Translations under genes and position numbers: made by a program | Assembly: GCF_001194135.2 (NCBI RefSeq) | Contig: NC_068984.1 | Location: forward strand, 114,771,488 to 114,835,487 | Length of the DNA: 64,000 bases | DNA from: Octopus bimaculoides | Taxonomy: Eukaryota | Direction: 5' to 3' | Shown here: one piece after another, positions 12,847 through 26,502 of the stretch | How positions within the stretch are numbered: the stretch's first letter is position 1 | Layout: every line of letters begins with the position of its first letter | The notes under the pieces: model-generated | Told to the model about the DNA's origin: nothing | The model's database searches: none | What the model saw: the letters and a program-made list of their open reading frames with translations, nothing else

Positions 12847-13502
12847 CTGCATTAGAAATTAACAAAAATATTTTCAGATGGAAGAAAATCAAAGGGTATT
12901 GCAAAGACTTCTGAGAAATTATTTATGACTTCTTAAAAGAAAACTAAAGATTTATAGTATAATTAATGAAGCTGAAAATATGATAATTTGAGAAATTATT
13001 TTATTGTAGCATGTTTTCACTATGATGTGAAAGGTTTAAAAAATAGTAATTAAAAAGAATCATTTCAGATGTTAAAACCATTTATCACAAGATTTTATTA
13101 AAAGACTGCATTACAATTAATCATGGATGTACACATGGCTGTATTAATAAGTTTGCTTTGCATCTACATTTTATTGAGCTGGAATGCACTGCACAGCACC
13201 TTAAATATCTTTTACCATCGCCATCTGTGTATCATACACACATAAACCATTCACAGGCATGATGCTGTGGTTTTATTCCAAGAGAAAATGTCTTCATATA
13301 CATATTGTGTTGACAACAAAATACATTGGAGTGAGACAAACATCCCAGCAGTGACTCTATGCCTAAAAACAATTCCTCCCTACCCAATATATAGGAAACT
13401 GTGATTAATACATTCACTGATGTTACAGAAAGCTTGTTGGGCTGTAATAAACTTAGTGTATGCAACTGAAGCAGAATTATATGGAAATCACCATACTTAA
13501 TG

Positions 13503-13890
13503 TGTTGTTGTTGTTGGCACTCTGTCGCTTACGGCGTCGAGGGTTGCAGTTGATTCGATCAACGGAACAGCCTGCTCGTGAAATTAACGTGCAAGTGGCT
13601 GAGCACTCCACAGACACGTGTACCCTTAACGTAGTTCTCGGGGATATTCAGCGTGACAGTGTGACAAGGCTGACCCTTTGAATTACAGGCACAACAGAAA
13701 CAGGAAGTAAGAGTAAGAGAAAGTTGTGGTGAAAGAATACAGCAGGGTTCGCCACCATCCCCTGCCGGAGCCTCGTGGAGCTTTAGGTGTTTTCACTCAA
13801 TAAACACTTACAACGTCCGTTCTGGGAATCGAAACCGCGATCCTATGACCGCGAGTCCGCTGCCTTAACCACTGGGCCACTGCGCCTCCA
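13503..13890 (-). mobile_element. tRNA-derived SINE family A (~385 bp), full-length copy
   Basis: Head GGAGGCGCA(A/G)TGGCCCAGTGG (A box) ... GGTTTCGATTCC (B box) and a (CAA)n tail. Highly similar to the other copies in the window. Confidence 0.88.
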
Positions 13891-14475
13891 CTACTTAATG
13901 TGTACATACATCTGAAAGGCATTATACCATAGTTTTTGTCCGAGAGAAACTGGTTTCATCGACATGTATCAAAAACAATAAGTGCTACACGTCCTACTCT
14001 GCTCAGACAATTAAAGAAAGAGAACTCTGAAGATATTGAACAATGATACAAAATTGTTATTTAAGAGTACACAGCAGGTTGAATTTAATAATAGAGCAAC
14101 TGGGGAAGGTTGAAATGTTGTATACATTGATTGACTCTGTATTGCACTTAACTCACAATAACCCTGACCAGCTAGTGTTAAATAAGTTTACAGTTCACTA
14201 CTTTAGGGAACAGGAGCATCGTATAATCAACAAATGTTTTATAAGCTTCCACAAAGCTGGAAACTGGAGATGGCATTGGGAAGTTATATTATTGTATATT
14301 TCCCTGAACTGCACCAATAGGATAAAGATTATGGTGATGCATCAATAAATCCAATGGATTACAGAACATTATTATTTTCCTTTTGAAGGAAACATTAGGA
14401 AAGAACATAAACATTTTTAAAAATGTGTTAAAAAAAAATAACAGTAAAACCATAGAATAATGATAAGAATCTTAC

Positions 14476-14570
14476 CAAGTAACATGAAAGTAAGCCCGGC
14501 ACATTCCTGCATCACAGCTAATACACACTCCAGTTCGACTAAAGCGGTTATCTTCACATAATGAACAGTC
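14476..14570 (-). CDS. PHF14: PHF14 exon 9 (DCSLCEDNRFSRTGVCISCDAGMCRAYFHVTC)
   Basis: AG/GTAAG boundaries, phase 0-2. Near-identical to human RTGVCISCDAGMCRAYFHVTC. Confidence 0.96.
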
Positions 14571-14765
14571 CTAATAAAGAAATAACAAAAGTATTGCAGT
14601 ATTTCAGTTGAAAAAAGAATTTTACATCAACACAGCAATTAACAGATAAACCATCCAATCATAAACATGCTGCAAAACTGAAAAGTAAGCTTTTATAGTT
14701 TTAGAAGGGCAACAAGCCTGACATTTGAAGGGACTCTGTGAATGTTGATATGTATACATACATAT

Positions 14766-14830
<65 letters not shown>

Positions 14831-15017
14831 TTTACAGAAGAACAAAAAACGAAGACAGATGCATAAACAACAAACAGGTGTATTAGTTTGACGCTCGGGA
14901 AGGTGAGAAAATCTTAGAAAGGAACATGAGGAAATAAACAGAGAGAGAATACAAAAAGCTTTTGGAGCTAGTGAATGATACATAAATACACACACACATA
15001 TATATGCATATACATAC

Positions 15018-15062
<45 letters not shown>

Positions 15063-15383
15063 TACATGCATATATGGGTATAGGACGTCACAAACAGTGA
15101 ACAACATGACATACGAAAACAAATAAGTTGAATACATAAACGAGAGAAACAAATGGAAAACAAGACAAGTAACATAAAGAACGACCCTTCATCAGTTGTC
15201 AGCTGCCTATCTACTCATTTCAAGCATTGAACGACAATATGAGTTTTCAAAGGCAGTTGCTCCACAAAAGCCAAAATAAAATTTGGAATTTTATGGAGGG
15301 TCAAAATAGATAGATGGATGGATAGATAGATAGATAGAGAGTCTAAAAGAAACATTGTAGCAATTGATAAAAAAATTAATTAC

Positions 15384-15495
15384 TTTGGCTCCCCATCTTG
15401 CATATGGCATTTCAAATAATGTGACAGCACTCAGTCGGTCAACATCTCCAAATGCTACACCTGGGGTATATAATGCACACACCAAATGAACCCAT
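15384..15495 (-). CDS. PHF14: PHF14 exon 8 (WVHLVCALYTPGVAFGDVDRLSAVTLFEMPYARWGAK), extended PHD (ePHD/PZP)
   Basis: ttcag acceptor and gtaatt donor, phase 2-0. Human has WVHIVCALYVPGVAFGDIDKL. Confidence 0.95.
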
Positions 15496-17363
15496 CTGAA
15501 GAAAAACAAAAAGATTAAAATCACCAATGAACTAATGATTATTAGTCACATTAATTTTATCAATAAACACCTTTTTACCATTATACTGATGTCTTACATA
15601 AGCAGAAGGCTCTCATGATTTACATGGGAAAGGGAATACATTTCTCAATAATAGGTGAAACGACTACATCATTTAATTTGGAGGAGAATGTAAGCATTGA
15701 GAAGAAAACTGTAAAAAAAAAAAAAGACTGGGAATTAAGTCCCTTCCTAGACCTGTTTTGCACTAAGTTAATGGTAAAGAATCATGTCACTTTTGCTGTT
15801 CAAAAATCCAATGAACCTGTGATATTACTCCAAGTTATTTAGAATGGTGCTCTAACGTTCTCAAATATTCGTCAGCTCTTTCTTTCAACTATATAGAAAA
15901 TTGATTCCCAGGAGAAATAGTCAAAATGACTTGAATCTACTCCGGTATCATCTTAATAGGGCTTTTCATCTATCATTAGGGGAATGGAAAAATAAAATCA
16001 ACACTGTGGTATTTGAAATAAGTTTAATCTGGAAATAAATAAAATAAAACAATCAGATATTTTTTAGAGCACACTAAAAAGAAAAAAAGGATATTTTTAT
16101 AGTATATAGACTAGAAAGTTCACTTGCTATACTGCAATAGGAAAACGTTTATAGAATTGATATGCTTCTGGCTGATTAGAAAACGGCAAAAAGTGAGAGA
16201 CACAGAAGAATTTGCATGAGGTTTGTTAAATGTGACTCTCAGAGTAAGTAGATTAACATCTCAGTGCAACAGTATGTATTGGATAGTTACTATTTATCAG
16301 TGGTTCTTGACCACTTTTTTTGTGGCATCCCTTTTTAAGTAGTAGTTATGCCTAAATGGCAAGTGAGGTATCACTACTAAACTAACTTAACATAGAGGAT
16401 AATTTATAAATTCTACTCAAAAAACGGATTGTATAGGCTTTTAATAGTGAAATGATAAAAAATGAAGGAAGACAGAAGTTGTAAATTTACTTTATACATT
16501 GCAAGTTAATGACTTCCTGTGTCTAGAGAGACCTGGCTAAATTTTCTAAATCAGGCTGAGCAACTGTTTAGATTCTACACAGTTATTCAACCTGCTACAA
16601 ATAGCAGCATACTACTCATCCCTCATTTTATTTTAATAACCATTACTAGTTTTAACATGTATATGGCTTTCGTGCGGGTGACACGTAAAAGCACCCACTA
16701 CACTCTCTGAGTGGTTGGCGTTAGGAAGGGCATCCAGCTGTAGAAACTCTGCCAAATCAGATTGGAGCCTGGTGTAGCCATCTGGTTTCACCAGTCCTCA
16801 GTCAAATCGTCCAACCCATGGAAAGCGGACGTTAAACGACGATGATGATGATGATGAATGCAATTACAACAATAGGTAAAATTTAGTATGCTAATTATGT
16901 TACCTCACTTGCCCCCTCACTGATCCCTTTGGGGCAGTATTGCCTACATTGAGAAATCCTGCTGTATATCATAAATTTGAAACAATCCAATGTATAGAAA
17001 TGATGGATGATGTGATAGAAGTAATGTAACCAAGAATGGATAATTTAAGGAATAATACATTATATATTTACTTAATCACTTGTGCAGACAGGCACAGTGC
17101 AAGTATGCTGGGCTCATAACCCAGAGTTCTGTAGACTGGAACTAACTCTGAAGAAATGCAGAATATTTTTTGATACTTAGACATTGCAATTGAATCATCT
17201 ACAAATATCCCAATTATATACATGTACATATGCCTACAGGGATACATACAAATTATATTATGCAACAGAAATATATACGAGGTCAAGGGAGTCACCAAGA
17301 GACTAGGGTACAATAAAACTCAAGTTGCATAGTGGACATAAATAACAACAACAGGACTTGTAG

Positions 17364-17584
17364 CAGTGGTTCTCAACCTGGGTCTATATGAGATTTTGTT
17401 GTTAAAATTTATCTGCAATAAATTGGTTATACTTCAAAAATACACAATATATTTTAACAACAGTTATTAATAATATTTAAGCATAAAAATATAAGATTTT
17501 TTAAGCATTTTAAACATTGAGGATCTAGTACAGTAAAATAGGAATTAAAGGGGTCTATAGGCCAAAAATAGTTGAGAACCACTG
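17364..17584. mobile_element. hAT (Charlie/MER5-like) MITE
   Basis: Perfect 14-bp TIRs CAGTGGTTCTCAAC / GTTGAGAACCACTG; the TSD is degenerate. Confidence 0.75.
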
Positions 17585-17890
17585 GTTCATAGGATATACA
17601 GCATATATATCCAGTCAAGATATTCTGTTTTATGTTCAAACTGGCCAGATTTAGCCCCTCACACCAACCTTACAGTGTCATTCTAAAACTAAACAATCAC
17701 ACCACTGAAATCTCAAAGCTATGAAATAATGCATGATTCATACAAAACAATGTGAATAAATAAGCATCACATTTGACAGAGTAATCTGGATGCTAAAGGG
17801 TTAGTTTGTTTTATCGATAAAGAAAATAAAATGAAGAAAATCTAGAAGTGAGATTAAGAATAGCAGAAATTATATTTTGGTTATACTTAC

Positions 17891-17946
17891 TTGCCTGCAT
17901 CTGTTTCTTTAAAAATTCCACCATAGTTTGGACATAATTCACAACT
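17891..17946 (-). CDS. PHF14: PHF14 exon 7 (SCELCPNYGGIFKETDAGK)
   Basis: AG/GTAAGT boundaries, phase 0-2. Human has SCELCPNQDGIFKETDAGR. Confidence 0.95.
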
Positions 17947-19497
17947 CTATCAGGCAGGGAAAGATTAAAGAAACAAAAATAATAACAAATAAAAAAGGGT
18001 TAATTTCTTTCCATCTTGCAAATCTTTTATCTTAGAAAAAGATTTATGGGTTAAAACAAAAATATATTTTATGGATATTGGAAGGAGAAAGGTAAAGTTG
18101 ACATAGGCAAGATATGAACTCAGAATATAATAAGACTTAAATACCACTAGGTGCTCAACTGATTCTGTAAATCTACTGTCCCATTACTTATGGTCATTGA
18201 TAAAACAATTATTCTCATCAGCACTAATTGCCCCAATTTATGGTTAAATGCTATTTAATATGATATGATGTATTAAGGCAGCATGCTGGCAGAATTGTTA
18301 GCATGCTGGGCAAAATGCTTAGCAGCATTTCATCCGACTTTGTTCCGAGTTCAAATTCTGCGAAAGTCTACTTTGCCTTTCATCCTTTTAGGGCTGATAA
18401 AATAAGTACCAGTTGAGCACTGGGGTCAATGTAATTGACTAGCCCTGTCCCCCAAACCTGCTGGCCTTGTGCCAAATTTGTAACCAATATGATATGATGT
18501 ATTTGTGAGCCTTACTGGCGTTCCCACTAATAAGACTCATAACTACAGCACACCAGACTCAGGTATGATAAACATTAGGCTGTTTATCATACCTGAACAA
18601 AACGTCCTGATGTTGCCCAAAATGGCCATCGAAATCCCAGCTGTGATGACAAAGTTGCTGTCACCTGTTATTAAAATAATTTGCAAAATGAGCTCACAGA
18701 ATACATCTCTCTGCATGCACTTCTCAGAGATTCCTCCTCATTGTTTTAACATCCACTTTATCATGCACACAATATGTGTGTGCGTGTGTGTGTGTGTGTG
18801 TGTTTGTGTCCGCCTGTCTGCATATGCATGCATGCATACATTCACATAGGCATGGTTATGCGGTTAAGAAGCTTGTGTCCCAACTATGTGGTTTCAGGTT
18901 CAATTCCATTGCATGCCAACTTGTGCAAATGCATTCTATTATATCCTTGGGCTGATCAAAGCTTTCTAAGTAAATTTGCTAGGCAGGTGTATGTGTGTGT
19001 TTGTGTGTGTGTGTCCCCTTGTCTTGATATTGTATGACGGTTGCAAATGAGTGTCATTCCTTTCTATTCCTCTGCAAAAGAACATTTCTGATCATGGAGA
19101 AATTTTAATTTTGCAGTGAAACAGACAGGGGTTAGTGACAGGAAACGAATCAAGTTGTAGAAAATCTACTTCAATGAATTCCTTCTGACCCATATAAGCA
19201 CAGAAATGTGGACATTAAAATGATATACATACATCCACACACACACAAGTATGCCTTTGTTTGATGCTAAAGCTTTGCTTTTTCCCTGCTCCAATGTCCA
19301 CACCTGACATCTGACAGGAAACTCAGAGTAGCCCCAGAATGAATGTTTAACCATTAAAAATGAATGAATTTTACGATATTTATAAACATTAAGTATTTGG
19401 GCTTACAAGCATCAAGCATATTTATTTTTTCTTTTGTTTGTATACCAACACATATATAAAAGACAAAACCCAAAACGTAAGTATCATGACTACTTAC

Positions 19498-19598
19498 AGG
19501 TTTAACACCAGCTTTACAAGCATCACAAAACCAAGGTTCTGTACTTGCAGATGATTCTGTGCTTGCAGCAGACTGGTTATCACTAATTCCATAACAAC
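19498..19598 (-). CDS. PHF14: PHF14 exon 6 (GCYGISDNQSAASTESSASTEPWFCDACKAGVKP)
   Basis: ctgcag acceptor and gtaagt donor, phase 1-0. Human has STEPWFCDACKCGVSP. Confidence 0.95.
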
Positions 19599-19720
19599 CT
19601 GCAGTGAACAAATTTTTGTTGATATAATCAATACAGAAAGTTTAAGTCATAAAATTCCTTTGTAAATATCAGATCATTCATAATAAAACAAAGCTACGAC
19701 AACAATTACATTATAATAAT

Positions 19721-20765
19721 AACAAGAGCACTCAGAGAGCGCAAACCTCTGCCATGGCAATACCAATGTCCTCTCAACGATTAGCCGGAGATGATTTTTA
19801 AAATGAGAATATCTGAAATAAACTCGACTACTCTCACAAACATGAAATTCTAAAAATGAACCCGACCACTCTCAAAAATTAAGTAAAAAAAAACCAGAAA
19901 AATAATCCAGAATCCTTGTCTGGTACCTGACTGATCCCAATGGTAGTCATGGAATGTGAAGGTAGGTGTGCGGGCTGTGTTTGTAATGTAATGTGTGTCG
20001 TCTATGGTGGGAACAGGGACAGTTTTCTCTATGAAAGCCTTTTTAAGTCTATCCACTAAGATAAGTGTTTTTACGACCATTAAAGTCTATAGTGAAACAG
20101 TTATCCGTATGTGAAAGAAAACAGAAAGGACCTGCATACGGTGCTACTAACAGAGTTTTAACAACATTGTTGCGCACAAAAACATGAGTCCAAGAAGTAA
20201 AACTTCCTTCAAGGTAGAACTAGAAATGCAACTGTCAAGTAGCTAAGAAGTTTTAAACAGGAGCGATATATTCAAAATTGGTAAAACTAAAAATTGTCGA
20301 GGATAAATGAAATTTATTACTGTTACTGAATATGTTAGTGTTATTTAATTTCTGAATGGTTTTGCTCCCGTTTGTATAAGTAGTTTGATTTCTTTATCCA
20401 TCAGTTTCTACTAAGATAGAAATGTGAGTAATATGAATAATAGAGAAACGAAAATAAAACTTTGGAAACAGCAACACCACCATAATTTGTGTGGAAACCA
20501 TGAGTGAGCTTTCAAGGGAGATAATTAGAGAAAGACTTGAAAGTCAATGTAAGATCGTAATACTACATGTAAAGTAAATATAGCAAATAATCCGGAATCC
20601 TTGTCCGGTACTGGATTGATCCCAAAATCTAATCAGTTCATGCTAGTGACAAGGTCAAACATCCCTGAAAGTTTCATCCAAATCCATCGAGCAGTTCTGG
20701 AGATATCTTGTCTACAGACAAACAAACACAACTGAAAACAATACCTCTGCCTTCGCTAAGGCAGA

Positions 20766-20770
<5 letters not shown>
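19721..20770 (+). mobile_element. Helentron-associated non-autonomous element (HINE/DINE-1-like)
   Basis: Starts AACAAGAG with subterminal ACCTCTGCC. The 3' end has a 12-bp stem-loop TACCTCTGCCTT-CGCT-AAGGCAGAGGTA (20742-20769), and the element sits in an (AAT)n tract. Confidence 0.62.
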
Positions 20771-20808
<38 letters not shown>

Positions 20809-21489
20809 GATGGAATACTAGGCAGTGGCTCTCATGGTTTCTGATCTTAACTAATTGGAACTGTTATCATGTACATGTTTTGCCTTGGTGTAAAAGGTGG
20901 TTTACAGCAAATATTTCCCTCAATACTACATATTTGCTTGACCATAACCAGTTAAGCATGTCCCTTAGTGGTTGACGATATGTGCATCTCTGATCATGAG
21001 CAGAAGTAGTGGAGGAGCATCATAGCCATGTGTTGAGAGGAATTCTTTGGAGTTTGAATAATTCAGCTCTGGAAACATGAGCATTTCATTCTTCATCCTT
21101 TAACAACATTTTTCAAGGACTTTTTGAGCAGAATGGGCTGCTAGACCTGAAGAAAATTCTAACTGGGCTCCAGCTGCAAGGCTATGCGCTGTTTATCTTG
21201 ATATGAGATCACCATGTCATGCACATGCTTGTGATGCATGTGCCTGGTGTACCCTTATCAGATGAGTGATCATGATGGGTATATTGGGCTTTGTATATTT
21301 TTACTCATGTCATTTTGATGGCATGTGCTGCTCTCTCACTCAATAATAATAATAATAAGCCTACAACTTGTCAGGAAAGAATAAAAGAGGTGACAGAAAG
21401 TAGCAATGAGACAAGTAAAGACAGACAGTAATGGAAGCCAAAAGTGCATGCATAGTATTCAGGATATCATAAAAAGACAGAAAAGTGAA

Positions 21490-21730
21490 CAATAAAAGAG
21501 CCATAAAGTGAGGAAATGGTGCAGAGGTATATGCCAAGAGCATTGAATTTTGGAAAGCATGGAATTTTTGAAGGATGCAGTATTCTGACAGCTATTAACT
21601 GATGCTGGTGGTATATTCCATACTCCAACAAATCTGATTGTGAAAAAGTGTTTCTGAAAGTCATGGTGCTGTGTTGTCTCTTGATTTCATAAGTATGCCC
21701 ATGAATGGTTGAGATACTGAATTCAAATAA
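21490..21730 (-). mobile_element. CR1-type LINE 3' end fragment (related copy at about 46690-46860)
   Basis: GHTYEIKRQHS...FRNTF, and in the second copy LRKHGFMLRTVKAWNKL, resemble the CR1 ORF2 C-terminus. Confidence 0.55.
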
Positions 21731-22195
21731 CATGGCCTATGTTGTTGTTGGAAAGACGGTGAATAAACTTATGGGCTTCTAAGTCAGCTGCAAGACATCA
21801 AAATTTTATTCATTTGCTTGAAGCTAAAGCTTCACTCTGCTGTTGTTTCAAGGTCCACTTATTTATCTTCAGATTATTTTAATATGAAATCAATTTAAAC
21901 TACAGAAGAGCCAGTGAATTAAGATAAAGCTTATAGTTTAGTTATTCATTAAAATATTGCTAGAAAATGAAAATACACTTGAAAAATTTTGTGAGAGGAA
22001 GTACTCATCTTTAATAGTCAAGACAAATATATGCTTTCTCCCTTTGAGAGACATTCTACAAGGTAGAACAAAAATGGCTTCCAGTTTCCCATTTTTTTAA
22101 AGAAGCCTAGATAAGCCCCTATCTGGCTCTATAATCTTCAGACAGATTTACTGGTAGATACATTAAAATATACATTTAAAAAATATAGCCCTTAC

Positions 22196-22251
22196 CTTCA
22201 TGAACAGATACACCACAATTATCACATTCAACAATTTCATCATCTTCTTCA
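22196..22251 (-). CDS. PHF14: PHF14 exon 5 (SEEDDEIVECDNCGVSVHEG)
   Basis: ttatag acceptor and gtaagg donor, phase 2-1. Human has SEDADEIIQCDNCGITVHEG. Confidence 0.95.
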
Positions 22252-22312
22252 CTATAAATGAAAAAAAAATAAGACTTAAATAAAAATTATAAACAATAAA
22301 CGAAACATAACA

Positions 22313-22542
22313 TTAATCCTTTTGATACCAACCTGGCTGAAATCACTTCTGGCTCTGTAGTACAAATGCCTTGTTTTTAAAAGTTCTCAATTAAAATCTT
22401 CCACCAAACCTTAGTCACTATCTATGTTCCTAACACTAGCTTAATGATAACTACGTTATTTTACTAAATTCTTTGTTATATTTAAGATTATTTGGAAGAA
22501 ACACAGAGCACTTCAACAGAAATATGGTAACAAATGGGTTAA
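22313..22542. mobile_element. TTAA-flanked MITE family F; copies at 1892-2087, about 35870-36020, about 37640-38210 (SINE-interrupted) and about 58245-58395
   Basis: TTAA(T/C)CC...GAAATATGGTAACAAA(T/A)GGG-TTAA termini and a shared AAAACCTTCCATCAAA core. Confidence 0.65.
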
Positions 22543-23144
22543 TAAAAAGAAAACAATTTCATGTCTTATAATGGCTTATGAAGTGTAAATGATAGAATTT
22601 TGAGATGTTCTTTTATTCTTTTACTTGATTCAGTCATATGACTACAGCCATGATGGAGTACCACCTTAAAGGATTTTAGTTGAAGAAATCGACTGCAGGA
22701 CTTATTCTTTGCAAGCTTAGTACTTATTCTACCAGTCTCTTTTGCTGAACCGCTAGCTTATGGAGACATAAACACACTAGCATCGGTTGCCAAGTGATGG
22801 CAGGAGGACAAACACAGATACACACATGTACATAAACATGTACATATATATATATATATATATATGCAGGTGCATCCAGTCCACACTGTAAAGTGGTTGG
22901 CATTTGGAAGGGCATCCAGCTGTAAAAACCTTGCCAAAACTGACCTCGCCTATGCTTGTACCACGTAAAAAACACTAAGTCGACTCTGCTGGGTGGTGGG
23001 TGTTAGGAAGGGCATCTTGCTGTAAAATCCTGTCAAGACAGTGACAGAAGTTTACCGCAGGCTTCTGCCTTGCCAGCTCTAGCCAAACCGTCCCACCAAT
23101 GCCAGCATGAAAGACAGACGTTAAATGATGATGATGATGATATA

Positions 23145-24016
23145 CAGGGTGTGATGGGTAAATTGTCACCATTTTATATTTTTTAATTACACACATGCGC
23201 ATTGTTTGTTTTTGATTTTGTCAACTACACAGCATAGTAGGGTCAGTTGGGCACTGTCTGTGAGAAAAACAGCACCATGATGTAATTCACTCTGCTAGAA
23301 ATTTGGAAATGACATACTGTACTGCTTGGCATTCAGGCCAGAAATTCCAATACTAACATTTCAGAGTGTTTGGGTGTCAATCTGAGGACATGTACCGAGA
23401 GTGATAAAAATCAAACATCCAGTCAACACCATGGTGTTTAGAGTGATCACTAGTGATGGCGACGTTATGCCTCCATTCATCTCCCCACACGGCCTCAGAC
23501 TCAATGTGGAGGCCTACATCAAGTGCCTGGAGGAGGTAGTGCTGCCCTGGGTCAAAAGGGTGGCTGCTGGAAGACCCTATGTCTGGCAACAGGACTCTGC
23601 ACCATGCCACACAAGCAGAAGAACTCAGTCATGGCTGCCAGATAATTTCTGCGTCCACATCATCCGTAACATCTGGCCATCTAACTCCCCAGACTGCAAC
23701 CCGCTTGATTATTATGTGTGAGACGCAGTTGAGTGAGAGACCAATAAAACTCCTTGTGACACCAAGGATGAAGTGAAAGCAAGGATTATGGCAGCATACA
23801 CCAACTTAAACAAGGAGACCATCCAGAAGAGTTACAGGAAATTCCAAAGTCATCTGGAGGCCATGGCTGAAGCCAATGGCAATTTTATTGAATAAATTTA
23901 TTCTTTAGTATTTCAAAATATTTTAATGTAATTTTGGTAAATATATGTTAAAATGTGATGTCAGTGTTACTTTCATTTTTGTGTAATTTAGATGACAGTT
24001 TATTCACCATACCCTT
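23145..24016 (+). mobile_element. Internally deleted Tc1/mariner-superfamily element, DD37D (maT-like)
   Basis: TA-flanked imperfect TIRs (CAGGGTGTGATGGGTAAATTGTCA). VWQQDSAPCH...WPSNSPDCNPLDY has 37 residues between the 2nd and 3rd Asp. Confidence 0.85.
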
Positions 24017-24548
24017 TATATACAATGGGCTTTTTTCAGTTTCCATGTAGCAAATCCACTCATTATCATTTCTATGTCATTATCAGTAAGGTACTATCAA
24101 AGAAATTTTAAAAAATGATGTGTATAACATTTATAATGTATGTACAAATATTGAATGGCAACTAGCTGAAATATTTTGTGTCTGAGAAACTTCTTGAAGA
24201 TACTTATGTGTTTAAAAAAACACACGTTTTCATATACATTACAAATATTATTTTCCAGTTATAAACTGATGTCACAAGAACGAAAGCATGTTCAGCTCAC
24301 AACTGAAAATAGTAGTGGTATAAGAAAAGCAGAACATTATTTATCCAAAATATGTGGGTCCAGAATGATTTTGGATTTCAGAATGATTGTATATTTATAT
24401 CTATAAATTACTGCATGTAAATTTTCAATTTAAGTAGACTGCAAGGAATGGAGCCATCTAAGTTGCCTAAGAACACAGTGAAGATATTTGCTAACACACT
24501 CACACTCACTCACATATGGAAGGTAAAAATATGTAAGATTCCATTTAC

Positions 24549-24646
24549 CTAATATCACCTAAACATACACAACAGATAAGAATCTTGATTTGACCAGCTT
24601 TGGTTGGAATTGGTGTAGCTGAAGTAATGACATTTCCTTGGAGAGG
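24549..24646 (-). CDS. PHF14: PHF14 exon 4 (PLQGNVITSATPIPTKAGQIKILICCVCLGDI), start of PHD1
   Basis: AG/GT boundaries, phase 0-2. ILICCVCLGD matches the human sequence. Confidence 0.93.
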
Positions 24647-25426
24647 CTACAAGTAAGAAATAGATTAATAGAATATTAGATTATTAAAAAAACACGCAAA
24701 ACAAAAAAAAAAAAACAAATAAGAAAATGTTCCTTTTAAAATCTTTAGGTTAATAAATTCACATTAGCAGTATTCGTGGAAATTTTGAGTTACTCTGAAA
24801 GCTGTAAATGGTTAGAAATTTATAAGAAAACCATGAAATATATCCTTACATATATATCTACATATATACATACTGACATACATAAATATACATATTCATA
24901 CATTCAATGTAGAGAGCTTTCAATGAGTATTTCATATACTTCAAACATTCCTTAAACAAACGTTTTCCACTTCCATATTCCCTTCAGTAAGTACACTCTA
25001 TCACTCCTTTTGCCTCTCCTTTCCTCTATATCACAACCTCCTATGATAAAAATGTTCTATTGCACTCTTTCTCTCCAACTCTTCTTTCACCTGACTATTT
25101 AACTGCATAACACAACAGAAATCACTTTCTCCTAGCTCTTATCACTAATACTCTTCTCTGTTTCTCTTTTTCCCCCTCTTCTTTCAAATAATCATGTGAC
25201 AGCATCACATATTAAGCCTTAGCATATTAACATATAGATACTAAGGACCTTTTACATCGATTTTGAAAGAGGTTTGATCCGAGATCATAGCAAGAAACTC
25301 AATCTGTTTTCTTGTTACATAGGAATAAAACATCAGTAACAAGGTCGTACATTTATTAATGTACTTCGTAAATTTACACTAAAAAAATAATAAAACAAGA
25401 CATTCAAATAATAACTATAATAATAC

Positions 25427-25593
25427 TACACTCTCTGAGTGGTTGGCGTTAGGAAGGGCATCCAGCTGTAGAAACTCTGCCAAATCAGATTGGAGGCTGG
25501 TGTTGCCATCCGGTTTCACCAGTCCTCAGTCAAATCGTCCAACCCATGCTAGCATGGAAAGCGGACGTTAAACGATGATGACGATGATGATGA
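25427..25593 (+). repeat. Short RTE 3'-tail repeat ending in (GAT)n (representative copy)
   Basis: GGTTGGCGTTAGGAAGGGCATCCAGCTGTAGAAAC...GGAAAGCGGACGTTAAACGATGATG. Further copies near 10740, 16700, 22880-23140, 28390, 34680, 47920, 50580, 56350 and 63180. Confidence 0.85.
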
Positions 25594-26502
25594 ATAATAT
25601 CTTCTTCAGTTAGATGACTTCAGCATCAAAATTAAATACATGAACTAAATTTCTAATTATGCTCAAATAAACAGGGAGTTTAAATATATGTCTTGGGACC
25701 ATACTTTGGTCTAATTCATATCAAGACACTATACTTTCAAAATAAATAGAAAGAATCTGACACAGCATTTTTTGTTAGTAAACTTCAGACGTATGTAACC
25801 TTTCAGAGATATTGTAATCTTTCTATAGGGGGAGATAATTGTTAGCTTTATATAGACAGATGGCTATAACAAGATAAATATAAAAGAAATGGTGAATATG
25901 ACTGGTGCTTAATTTTATTTTCTTTCAGATTAAGTGAGTGAAAGATGTATCTCACCAGGACAGTACACAAATCTATTAAGGAGCTTCTTCAAAAAGTGTT
26001 AGTGCTACATGAACTGTAATACGGTACACAATTTCCTGCTCAGACACACAAGTCTACTTTTTAAATGCACACATTTTCTATAACGTGCAAGTGTACATCA
26101 TAGTTCATTTACTTAGTGGATTCTCTCATCACTGCTTCGGCAAGCGTGGTGAAGAGGTTTAATAATGTCAGTTCTTGAAGAAATAGAAACAGGATTTCTG
26201 GTAACTATTAGGCAGAGAGAGCTACAATATTTGGCGCATGTCATCAGTGCCTAGCATCTCAGTACTTTATATTCAACATAGAAGATTCAATAGGAAATGA
26301 GAAAGAGAGAGACTAAGAAGACACTGGTTCTACAACATCATAATATGGACCAGAAGGCCTCTGGCTGAAAATACAACCATGATCAGAATCAAGAATCAAT
26401 GGAGAGAGAAATATTGCAAGCATCCATTGCCCCTGACCTTCAACAGTAGGGATGGGAGTAGACAAGACAAGGTAATAAGAAATATAAGTTATTTACATTT
26501 AC

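Noticed and set aside
15185-15205. Minus-strand CTGATGAAGGG in a common repeat as a hammerhead core
   Set aside because: No stem II followed by GAAA in this copy.
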